Shown: positions 46,390-54,889 of the stretch, one piece after another
Position numbering within the stretch: position 1 is the stretch's first letter
Layout: each line of letters opens with the position of its first letter
Assembly (NCBI GenBank): GCA_938004065.1
Contig: CALKWM010000038.1
Location: forward strand, 2,466-66,465
DNA: 64,000 bases
Source of the DNA: an uncultured bacterium
GTDB lineage: Bacteria > Patescibacteriota > JAHJAL01
Reading direction: 5' to 3'
Position numbers and translations under genes: made by a program
Notes under the pieces: model-generated
Seen by the model: the letters and a program-made list of their open reading frames with translations, nothing else
Told to the model about the DNA's origin: nothing
Database searches by the model: none

Positions 46390-48591
46390 GTGAAATTAAA
46401 TAAAAATTATCCCACGTATTATTATCTCGATGTGGCAATGCAGTTTTTCCTGATTTTGGCATTGACGCTGGTACCAATTTACTTTACGACCATGATCCAC
46501 AACTCTTTTACAATCGAGAAACATGTTATTTTCCGCGTCTGTGTACTGCTCATGTTTGCAATCGGCGTGATCAAATATTCATATTTTAGTGCTCGAAAGT
46601 TACCCAAGGTTTTCTGGTTGATGCCTTTGTTTGGTTTGGTGGGAGTACTTTCGACAATTTTTTCGATCAATCCGGCGGTCAGTTTGTGGGGTATTCATCT
46701 GCGGATGGACGGATTGGTAAATATGTTGTTTCTGGTGATGTTTTTTGTGTTGGCATATCTGCAGTTGGATACCAAAACCAAGATAAAACAAGTGATATTG
46801 GCCATCGTGTTGGGTTCGATAATACCGGTTGTCTATGCCATCATGCAAAAAATTGGCGCCGATCCGCTGGAATGGAAAGGGGTAAATGCGGAGGAAAGGG
46901 TGTTTGGCACTACCGGTAACCCGGCTTATCTCGGCGCCTATTTGTTGTTTACCATTCCTCTAACTTGCTATCTGGGAATAAAATACAATTCTCTCAAAAA
47001 ATATTTTTTTTATGTACTTGGTTTGGCTTCAATCTATGTTTTGATCCTGACCTGGACGAGAGCGGCTTATCTGGCTTTGGGATTGGAAATATCAATTTTG
47101 GCTATGGCGTATTTTTGGATGAGCCATAAAAAACGGCTGTTTTATGTTTTTTCGGGACTGATATTGGCGGGAATACTATTTGTCGGGGCGTTAAATGTAA
47201 ATCCCGGCTTGGTAAACACTTTGGGGAACAATCGCTATCTGGAAAGATTGTCGCAACTTACGCAAACTACCGAGGGGACGGGAAAAGACAGGTTGGAAAT
47301 GTGGAAAATTTCGGTTAAAGCGATCGAAGAAAGACCGTTACTGGGTGCCGGTTTGAGTCAGTATATCCAGTATTTCAATAAATACTATCCAAATTACATG
47401 GACGCTCGCCCGGACAAAGACCGTTACAGCAATTATTCTCACAATCTCTGGCTAGATACGGGAGTGGCACATGGATTGGCCGGGATTTTGGTTCTGCTTT
47501 CCATTTATGCCTCTTTTATCTGGTTGGGTCTTAAAAAAATGCGCGCTCAGGAAACTCTGGAGGAAAAATTTTTGTATCTTTCGGTTATAGTAGCGATTTT
47601 GGGCTATCTCACTCAGGCAATGTTCAATATCGAAACAATTATTACCTGGGAATATAGTTTTGGACTGTTGGCAGTATTGCTGGCGATGGTAAATTTAAAC
47701 GAAGAGCAAGAACTGCATTCTAAATCCCCTACCGTCTGGAAACAAATTTTGACGACGGTGCTAGTGGTGGCGGGATTGGTTGGTGTTTATTTTCTCGCAA
47801 TCAATCCTTGGTCGGCGGATAAAAATTATTTCTATGTCAATAGTGCAAATCTGCCGATTGATCAAAAATTGGCACTGGCTCAGGAGGCGGAAATATTTAC
47901 CCCCTATTTTGAATATGCTCCAATCAGGATTGGTGATATCTATGCTTCGCAAATTGATTTAAGCAAAACCCAAGAAGCCACAGATTTATTTACTAATTCG
48001 GTTGAACAAGTGAACAAAGCCCTCGCTATTAACCCGCTTAATTACAAAAACTATATGTCGCTGGCGACCATCTACGGATCGTGGGCAAGGATAGACAATA
48101 CCAAATTGGTACAAGCCGAAGAGCATTTCAAAAAAGCTAAAACGATGAGTCCGAACCGACTGGATTTACATTGGACATGGGGCAATGTTTATCTGGATTT
48201 AAATATGGTGGACAAAGCCCATGAGCAATACGAAGAAGCCCGGAAATTGAATCCGGAAATTGGAGAAACATATTTCAATTTGGCAAAAGTGGCGATTTTG
48301 CAAGGCGAGCAACAACAGGCCGATGAATTTTTGCAAACAGCTTTGGATAAAGGATATGTTTATGAAGAGTTAAAATTTTACCAGGATATGGCACTGATGG
48401 TTTACAAGCAAAGTAATTTTTTACTGGCCGGTTCGTTGGCCGGGCGGGCCAATGAAATATCCGTGTCTGAAATGTCGGCCATGATCGAAATCCAAGCTAA
48501 TTTGGAATTGGATCAAAGCGATGTGGCCGGTTCCTTGTTGAATGAGTATAGCAAACTTGTCCCGGGGTTGGAGGAGAAGTTTCAACAATAA
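46390..48591 (+). CDS. O-antigen ligase/O-oligosaccharyltransferase family (Wzy_C) with C-terminal TPRs
   Basis: RVFGTTGNPAYLG, TWTRAA, R..MW, PLLGAG, HN..L; TPR-like helices. Confidence 0.85.
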   Translation: MKLNKNYPTYYYLDVAMQFFLILALTLVPIYFTTMIHNSFTIEKHVIFRVCVLLMFAIGVIKYSYFSARKLPKVFWLMPLFGLVGVLSTIFSINPAVSLWGIHLRMDGLVNMLFLVMFFVLAYLQLDTKTKIKQVILAIVLGSIIPVVYAIMQKIGADPLEWKGVNAEERVFGTTGNPAYLGAYLLFTIPLTCYLGIKYNSLKKYFFYVLGLASIYVLILTWTRAAYLALGLEISILAMAYFWMSHKKRLFYVFSGLILAGILFVGALNVNPGLVNTLGNNRYLERLSQLTQTTEGTGKDRLEMWKISVKAIEERPLLGAGLSQYIQYFNKYYPNYMDARPDKDRYSNYSHNLWLDTGVAHGLAGILVLLSIYASFIWLGLKKMRAQETLEEKFLYLSVIVAILGYLTQAMFNIETIITWEYSFGLLAVLLAMVNLNEEQELHSKSPTVWKQILTTVLVVAGLVGVYFLAINPWSADKNYFYVNSANLPIDQKLALAQEAEIFTPYFEYAPIRIGDIYASQIDLSKTQEATDLFTNSVEQVNKALAINPLNYKNYMSLATIYGSWARIDNTKLVQAEEHFKKAKTMSPNRLDLHWTWGNVYLDLNMVDKAHEQYEEARKLNPEIGETYFNLAKVAILQGEQQQADEFLQTALDKGYVYEELKFYQDMALMVYKQSNFLLAGSLAGRANEISVSEMSAMIEIQANLELDQSDVAGSLLNEYSKLVPGLEEKFQQ

Positions 48592-48638
48592 ATTTCCAAT
48601 TTTCAATTCTCAATTTCCAATGAAGCGCAGGAACGAAG

Positions 48639-48668
48639 AAAAAATCCCTGGAGAAATCCGGGGGTTTT
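48639..48668 (+). terminator. Intrinsic terminator
   Basis: AAAAATCCCTGGA...TCCGGGGGTTTT. Confidence 0.6.
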
Positions 48669-48863
48669 GTTAATTTTAAGTTACAAAAAATGACCCGAAA
48701 GAGAATTGTTATATTGTGATATTGAAAAAAAATAAATGGTTAAATTGTTAAATGGTTGGGAAATTTATTGAAAACTGCTTGTACTAGAATAGGTAATTGA
48801 AAACTGAAAATTATTTATTTGCTATAGTGGAGATAGACTATAATTTTTTGAAGGAAGATAAAT

Positions 48864-51080
48864 ATGAAAAAGTTTTTTGGGTGGGTGGTGGTTTTTGTAC
48901 TTTTAGCGTCGTTATTCATAAATATTCAAGGTGTAAAAGCAGCGACGACTATATTGCATGAGTTTTCAGGAGGAGGGAGTGATGGAGCTAATCCACGCAC
49001 TGGTCTTACTCACTACGACGGTAAACTTTATGGAACAACGTTTAATGGAGGGGATTCAAATGAAGGAACAGTTTTTAGAGTTGATATAGATGGCTCAAAC
49101 TTCACTTTGTTGCATGAATTTGCGGGAGGAGGGAGTGATGGAGCAAAACCTTTTAGTGCTTTGCTAATAGAATCTGGCGTGATTTATGGAACAACCACCA
49201 AAGGAGGTGATAATAATATTGGAACAATATTCTCAATGAATACTAATGGAACAGGATTCACTTTATTGCATGAATTTGCAGGTGGTGCAAATGATGGCCA
49301 AAGTCCACTTGGCTCTTTAATTCTAGATACTGGTGTTCTTTATGGAACAACAGATCGAGGTGGAGACTACAATTATGGAACCATATATTCCATCCAAACA
49401 GATGGAAATAATTTTTCTTTGTTGCATGAGTTCGCGGGATCTCCAAACGAAGGAAGTTACCCTAAGGGCAATTTACTTTATAGTGAAGGAAAGCTATACG
49501 GAACTACAAACAGTGGAGGAAATGCGACAGGATATGGGTATGGATATGGCACAATATTCTCTATCGATACAGATGGAACTAATCACGTACTTTTACACGA
49601 ATTTGGTGGAGGAAATAATGATGGTGCTTATCCATACGGAGGATTAGTTATCGACTCAGGCACGCTTTATGGCTTAACTAATAGTGGAGGCGACAGTGGC
49701 TATGGAACTATTTTTTCGATAGATACCAATGGAACAAATTTTACTCTGTTGCATGAGTTTGCTGGGGGCAATGATGACGGTAATAGTCCTAAAGATTCAT
49801 TATTGTTAAGTAATGGAACATTGTTTGGAACAACATTTTATGGAGGTGAATTTGGAGCTGGTTTTGGCTATGGTACTATTTTCTCAATTGATACTAATGG
49901 TTTGAATTTTGGTTTACTACATGAGTTTGAATCAGGTACAGATGATGGTAGCTGGCCAGAAGGAAATCTAATTCTGGTTTCTAATAATTTTTACTCAACC
50001 ACAAATGCTGGTGGTGACAGCAATTTAGGTACAATTTTTAGTACAGATCTGCCTATATCTTCAGGTCCTACATCAATCAAAAACACGCTAAGCAGTTCCG
50101 CTCCCGGGGAATTGGTGAATATGACTATCGAATACACTCCAGCACTAACAACTGCTGTGACTGATGGATCGGTTAAATTAACCCTCGCTGAAGAATTTGA
50201 TTTTAACGGAATATCAAAAGACGACGTATCTGCCAGTGGTGGAGATGTTACTTGGGATCCTAATGAGATAATAACAGTCGATGGGACAATAATCACAAGA
50301 AATAATAGCTGGGTAGACAGAGTTTACGCGCAGGGAGAAGATAGTATTGTGTTTGGATTTACGGGAGATTTGGACAATACTGGCGGGACAATTACATTTA
50401 CCATCAATGGAGCGACCGCTCCGTTGAATCCCGGTTCAATTGGTTCATATGATTTCAATGTGGGAGTTTTTTCGACCAGCGACGGTACCGGTGCGGCTTT
50501 GGAAGTAAGAGATGGGAGAGTGGCGATTGCCAGTCAAGTAAATGTTACCGCCACCGTTCCATCTACCCTAACTCTAACAATTAATGGAGTGGCAAGTGGA
50601 AACGCGTGTAGTAATAGTGGTAGCAATGCATCAGTTACAACAACATCTTCTACTATTCCATTTGGAATATATACCGGAGCACAAACCAAGATAGCTTGTC
50701 AGACATTAACAGTAAGTACCAATGCTACCAATGGATATATCGTAACTGTCGAACAAGATCAAGATCTAACCAGTGCCGGATCAGATACAATGAAAGCTTT
50801 TTCCGGTACTTATGCCACTCCAACAACTTGGGCAACACCTCCGGGGAGTGGAACGGAATCATTTTTTGGATTTACGACTGATGATACCGGCTACTCCAGT
50901 TTTCAAACAGCTAAATACGCGGGATTTGCGGTGGATAATACTCCATATGCCATCATGACCGGACCGGAACCGGTGGTTGATGAAGAGAATGTAATTTCCT
51001 ATCAATTGGAAGTTACTAACTTGCAAGAAGCGGGTGTTTATAGTAATACTGTAATGTATATTGCGACGGCGATGTTTTAG
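48864..51080 (+). CDS. Secreted surface protein: seven LHEF/LYGTT..GG repeats (GloVer-like beta-propeller) plus shared C-terminal module
   Basis: Signal peptide ending VKA; 7 LHEF repeats of ~52 aa. Confidence 0.8.
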   Translation: MKKFFGWVVVFVLLASLFINIQGVKAATTILHEFSGGGSDGANPRTGLTHYDGKLYGTTFNGGDSNEGTVFRVDIDGSNFTLLHEFAGGGSDGAKPFSALLIESGVIYGTTTKGGDNNIGTIFSMNTNGTGFTLLHEFAGGANDGQSPLGSLILDTGVLYGTTDRGGDYNYGTIYSIQTDGNNFSLLHEFAGSPNEGSYPKGNLLYSEGKLYGTTNSGGNATGYGYGYGTIFSIDTDGTNHVLLHEFGGGNNDGAYPYGGLVIDSGTLYGLTNSGGDSGYGTIFSIDTNGTNFTLLHEFAGGNDDGNSPKDSLLLSNGTLFGTTFYGGEFGAGFGYGTIFSIDTNGLNFGLLHEFESGTDDGSWPEGNLILVSNNFYSTTNAGGDSNLGTIFSTDLPISSGPTSIKNTLSSSAPGELVNMTIEYTPALTTAVTDGSVKLTLAEEFDFNGISKDDVSASGGDVTWDPNEIITVDGTIITRNNSWVDRVYAQGEDSIVFGFTGDLDNTGGTITFTINGATAPLNPGSIGSYDFNVGVFSTSDGTGAALEVRDGRVAIASQVNVTATVPSTLTLTINGVASGNACSNSGSNASVTTTSSTIPFGIYTGAQTKIACQTLTVSTNATNGYIVTVEQDQDLTSAGSDTMKAFSGTYATPTTWATPPGSGTESFFGFTTDDTGYSSFQTAKYAGFAVDNTPYAIMTGPEPVVDEENVISYQLEVTNLQEAGVYSNTVMYIATAMF

Positions 51081-51287
51081 GAAGAAAGTTTAACGAGAAA
51101 GTTTTAAGTGACAAGTACAAAGTATCAAGAGAAGCACAGGAACGAAGGATAACAAACTAGTACAAACATATCCAAACTTTCCAAACATTATTAGCTACAC
51201 TAAAAAAACAGACTTGAAAACTTGAATAGATATTATTTAAGGTTTTTTGGTATGTTTAAAATGGTATGTTTGTCTAGAAAAATGTAT

Positions 51288-51623
51288 ATGAAAAAAATTT
51301 ATCACAAAAATTTATCAAAAGACAAGTGGTTTGAAATGACTTTGGCGGAACAGATGGCAAACATCGGTAGCGAGTATTTCAGAGCGAAAAACTGGAAACA
51401 AAAAGACAATAAAAAATATTTCGAACCGGCATTTGATCGAATGCTGGAGCTTTTAAACTTAAGTCTGTCTGATAAAAGATGGAAATCGAGTCAACTTAAA
51501 GAATTGGCCAGATTGAAAGAATTTGTTGTTCGTTATTTGTTTAATGAAGAAAGTTTTCGAAATGATAAAGATTTTGATAGTTATTTTATGCAATTTAGTT
51601 TACTTGCAAGATCTAATAGATAA
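51288..51623 (+). CDS. Small helical hypothetical protein
   Basis: W..MTLAEQMANIGSE..RA...KELARLKE; ATG at 51288 preferred. Confidence 0.65.
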   Translation: MKKIYHKNLSKDKWFEMTLAEQMANIGSEYFRAKNWKQKDNKKYFEPAFDRMLELLNLSLSDKRWKSSQLKELARLKEFVVRYLFNEESFRNDKDFDSYFMQFSLLARSNR

Positions 51624-51698
51624 AAAATCCCAATCGAGAATGAAGGGATTTTTACAAATGCGGTTATCCTAAGGGGGAGTTGGATAACCGCATTTTTT
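51624..51698. terminator. Two adjacent terminator hairpins between convergent genes
   Basis: AAAAATCCC...GGGATTTTT and AATGCGGTTATCC...GGATAACCGCATT. Confidence 0.7.
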
Positions 51699-51714
51699 AT
51701 ATTAGCATTTTTTT

Positions 51715-52071
51715 TCAAAAAGAGCAATCAGGAAGTAATTTTTTTATCGCAGATTTAATTTTTTCTGTCGAGAAAGGTTCGAGAAAGATAATTTCTCTTT
51801 TGAATCCATTGGAAGAAATTATGTTTCCGGTTTTATGATATCCTTCATCGACAAACAGAACAGGAATATTTTTAAAGTAAGCAGGATTTATGATATTACA
51901 ATAACTACTAGGAATTATGAGAAATGAATATCTTCCTTCTTCTTCAAAAATATCCTGATAATTTTCCGACAAATCGACACTAATTTTCAGACAATTACTG
52001 ATGTAATTGACTAAAAAATGCCGACTTTTATCGCTTAAACCAACCGCGAGAGCTTGGTGCGCCATGGACAT
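51715..52071 (-). CDS. Degenerate receiver-like protein
   Basis: IPVLFV...FLEPFSTEKIKSAIKKLL resembles a receiver C-terminus; acidic pocket lost. Confidence 0.5.
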   Translation of the reverse strand: MSMAHQALAVGLSDKSRHFLVNYISNCLKISVDLSENYQDIFEEEGRYSFLIIPSSYCNIINPAYFKNIPVLFVDEGYHKTGNIISSNGFKREIIFLEPFSTEKIKSAIKKLLPDCSF

Positions 52072-52172
52072 TCCACCTTTCTTGTTTTTAAAGTTTTAAG
52101 GGCATGTGGTGATTGTAACGAATAAATACACACCCGGTCAAGAAAAAAATGCCCACCAATGTTTGGGGCATT

Positions 52173-52532
52173 TTAACAATTATTTTTAATTTTTTTTAAT
52201 ATTTGATCTATCGTAAAGGGTTTTTGAATTACTTCTACTTCTTTATTTATAATTGCAGAAGTAATGTATCCAGTTACGATAAATATTTTTTTTATCAAAC
52301 CGGTATCTATTTTTTTCAAAACAGATTCGCCACTGATCCCACTTAAACACAGATCGCAAAAAACTATGCAACCGGGATTGTCATTTATAATTTCGATAGC
52401 TTTTTGGCCATCAGAGCAAAATATGGCTTCTATATCGTCCCTGTCGACTTTCTCCATGATCATTTTATAGATGTCAATTATAACATCTTCGTCTTCGATG
52501 AAAATGACTTTTTTTATATTGTTACCAGACAT
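52173..52532 (-). CDS. Single-domain response regulator
   Basis: VIFIEDE, VFCDLCL..ISG, IVTG, QKPF; true start ATG at 52532. Confidence 0.8.
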   Translation of the reverse strand: MSGNNIKKVIFIEDEDVIIDIYKMIMEKVDRDDIEAIFCSDGQKAIEIINDNPGCIVFCDLCLSGISGESVLKKIDTGLIKKIFIVTGYITSAIINKEVEVIQKPFTIDQILKKIKNNC

Positions 52533-52996
52533 TTCCCACTTCCTTCCAAAGATGAAATCTTTATGATCAAGTCGACCACAATTTTTTTGATTTTGTGACC
52601 AATCAAGTATCCTTTGTCCAGTGACACTATCCGATCGTAAAAAGCTCGTTGTTGAACAAAATCTGACATAATATTGGAACTCTCGGAACAATACAGTACC
52701 AGGACGGGTAGTTCTTGGCCCTTGGTTTGTGCAAAAATACTGTACAACAGTTGAGTTCCGGTTGGTTCCGTTCCCTTGGGCATTTCCTGATCGGATACCA
52801 CCAAACAAATACTATCCAGATTCTCCAGAATATATTTAATGGCTTTCTTGGGATCGCTGTATGTTTTTATCGTGATATTAACAAAACTTACTTCCGGAAT
52901 TGTCTGGAATAATTCTCTAATCGTTGCTTGAAAGAAACATTTGTTGATTCCGAGTAAATCAACATCGTCATCGATCAGAATTATCTGATTTTTCAT
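52514..52996 (-). CDS. Single-domain response regulator (atypical)
   Basis: IILIDDD, LVVSDQEMP..TG, LDK; SD GGAGG. Confidence 0.75.
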   Translation of the reverse strand: MKNQIILIDDDVDLLGINKCFFQATIRELFQTIPEVSFVNITIKTYSDPKKAIKYILENLDSICLVVSDQEMPKGTEPTGTQLLYSIFAQTKGQELPVLVLYCSESSNIMSDFVQQRAFYDRIVSLDKGYLIGHKIKKIVVDLIIKISSLEGSGKCLVTI

Positions 52997-53093
52997 TTTT
53001 TAACCTCCCTAAAAATTTTAAAGTACAAAAAAAAATTAATTTAATGTTTAATATTAAATTAATATTTTCTTAAGCTAGAATTAATATACCGGT

Positions 53094-54692
53094 TTAGTTG
53101 AAAGTTATCAAGTTTTGACCGGTCATATCTGAACCTTTGGGTAAGCCCAACAGATAGAGCATGGTTGGAGCGATATCCCTAAGCTCGGTTGAGTAATCGG
53201 ATGGGATATTGGAATTGGGTATCAACCGGTTTTGTGAATCACAGACAATCAACGGCACCGGATTGCGGGTGTGCTCCGGATCGGGTCGGCCGGTTTCGAT
53301 ATCTACCATTTGCTCGGCATTGCCGTGATCGGCGGTAACGATTAGGATTCCGTTCATTTTTTTTACCATCTCCCAGACCTCTCCCAGACATTCATCACTG
53401 GCTTCGCATCCTTCAATCGTGGCCGAGAGATCGCCGGTGTGGCCGGTCATATCGGGATTGGCAAAGTTACAGATGTAGCTATCGTATTTGTTGTTTTTTA
53501 GAGAATTTAGCAGAGTTTTGGTCACTTTATCAATACTCATACGGGGAACGAGATCGTATGTTTTGTCTTCGATCGAGGGAATAAGCGCGCGATATTCGTT
53601 GGGAAAAGGATTTTCCCGACCGCCGTTGATAAAGAAGGTAACATGTGGGTATTTTTGTGATTCGGCGATATGAAATTGGCTGAGGCCATTGTTGGAAATT
53701 ACTTCCGCCAAACACTCTTCTTTGGCCTCAATTTTGAAGGCGATATTTGGTGGTAGATTGGGGGAATAATAGGCCATGGAACAGAAATATATCGCTGGCC
53801 ATTTTTGGCGTTTAAAACCGTTGAAATCAGCATTGCAGAGAGCTTTGGAAATCTGGCGAGTACGGTCGGCGCGAAAATTGGCGAAGATCATTACATCCTG
53901 ATCGTCGATAGTGGCAATGGGTTTTTGATCGGCATCGACAATGACAGAGGGGACGATGTATTCATCTGTAACGTCACGGGCGTAACTCATAGTAAAAACT
54001 TCTTCCGGATTTTGATAAAATTCGCCTCGGCCCAGCACCATGGCGTTGTAAGTGCGTTCGGTACGCTCATAACGTTTGTTACGGTCCATGGCAAAATAAC
54101 GGCCGGTGATAGTGGCAATCTCCCCCACTCCCAATTCTGTTAGTTTCTCCAGTAAACGGTGAACCTGCTCAAAACCTTCTCGTTGCGGAGCATCGCGTCC
54201 ATCGGAAAAACCGTGGATATAGACTTTGGATAGTCCTTGCTCTTTGGCTAATTTACATAAATTGTAAACATGATCGATGGAACCGTGAACTTGAGCGCCA
54301 ACTGAAAGCATACCCATGATATGCAGTTTGGAATTGCGTTGTTTGGCGGTTTGCATGGCTTTGATAAGTTCGGGGTTTTGAAAAAATGTACCGTCTTCGA
54401 TAGATTTGTTGATCAGATATAGGTGCTGATGAACAATTCGGCCGGCACCGATGGCAACATGGCCAACCTCGGAGTTTCCAGGCATCATGGTCGGCAACCC
54501 GACGGCACCTTCAGCGGCTTTGAGAGTAAAATGCGGATGGGTGGTCCATAGATGATCAAAATTGGGTGTGTCGCCCATGGTAATGGCGTTGCCACCCCAG
54601 GCGTGGGCATATCCCCAACCGTCGAGGATAAGCAAAACGACTGGCGGTTTGTCGGTTAATTTGGTTTTTTTGAAAAGGTCAAATAGTCCCAT
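53094..54692 (-). CDS. gpmI: 2,3-bisphosphoglycerate-independent phosphoglycerate mutase
   Basis: LILDGWG, GNSEVGH, DGRD, GRYFAMDR, NFRADR, NPDMTGH, TADHGN. Confidence 0.97.
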   Translation of the reverse strand: MGLFDLFKKTKLTDKPPVVLLILDGWGYAHAWGGNAITMGDTPNFDHLWTTHPHFTLKAAEGAVGLPTMMPGNSEVGHVAIGAGRIVHQHLYLINKSIEDGTFFQNPELIKAMQTAKQRNSKLHIMGMLSVGAQVHGSIDHVYNLCKLAKEQGLSKVYIHGFSDGRDAPQREGFEQVHRLLEKLTELGVGEIATITGRYFAMDRNKRYERTERTYNAMVLGRGEFYQNPEEVFTMSYARDVTDEYIVPSVIVDADQKPIATIDDQDVMIFANFRADRTRQISKALCNADFNGFKRQKWPAIYFCSMAYYSPNLPPNIAFKIEAKEECLAEVISNNGLSQFHIAESQKYPHVTFFINGGRENPFPNEYRALIPSIEDKTYDLVPRMSIDKVTKTLLNSLKNNKYDSYICNFANPDMTGHTGDLSATIEGCEASDECLGEVWEMVKKMNGILIVTADHGNAEQMVDIETGRPDPEHTRNPVPLIVCDSQNRLIPNSNIPSDYSTELRDIAPTMLYLLGLPKGSDMTGQNLITFN

Positions 54693-54889
54693 TGGTGGAA
54701 GAATAAGAAGTAAGAAATAAGAAGTAAGAAATAAGATTTGTATTTATTGGCTTATGTTTATTGTAGTGGAAAATTGGTAAATGGTTAAATTGTCAAAAAA
54801 GAACAAAATAAGAAATCAAAAAATACCGTGGTTGTAAGATGTCAGTTTATTATAGTATTGTAGTTTATTTGATTAACTTAACTAACAAA

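Noticed and set aside
52533-52808. N-terminal 92 aa of the 211-aa ORF 52173-52808
   Set aside because: It overlaps the upstream receiver gene in another frame; the receiver domain starts at ATG 52532.
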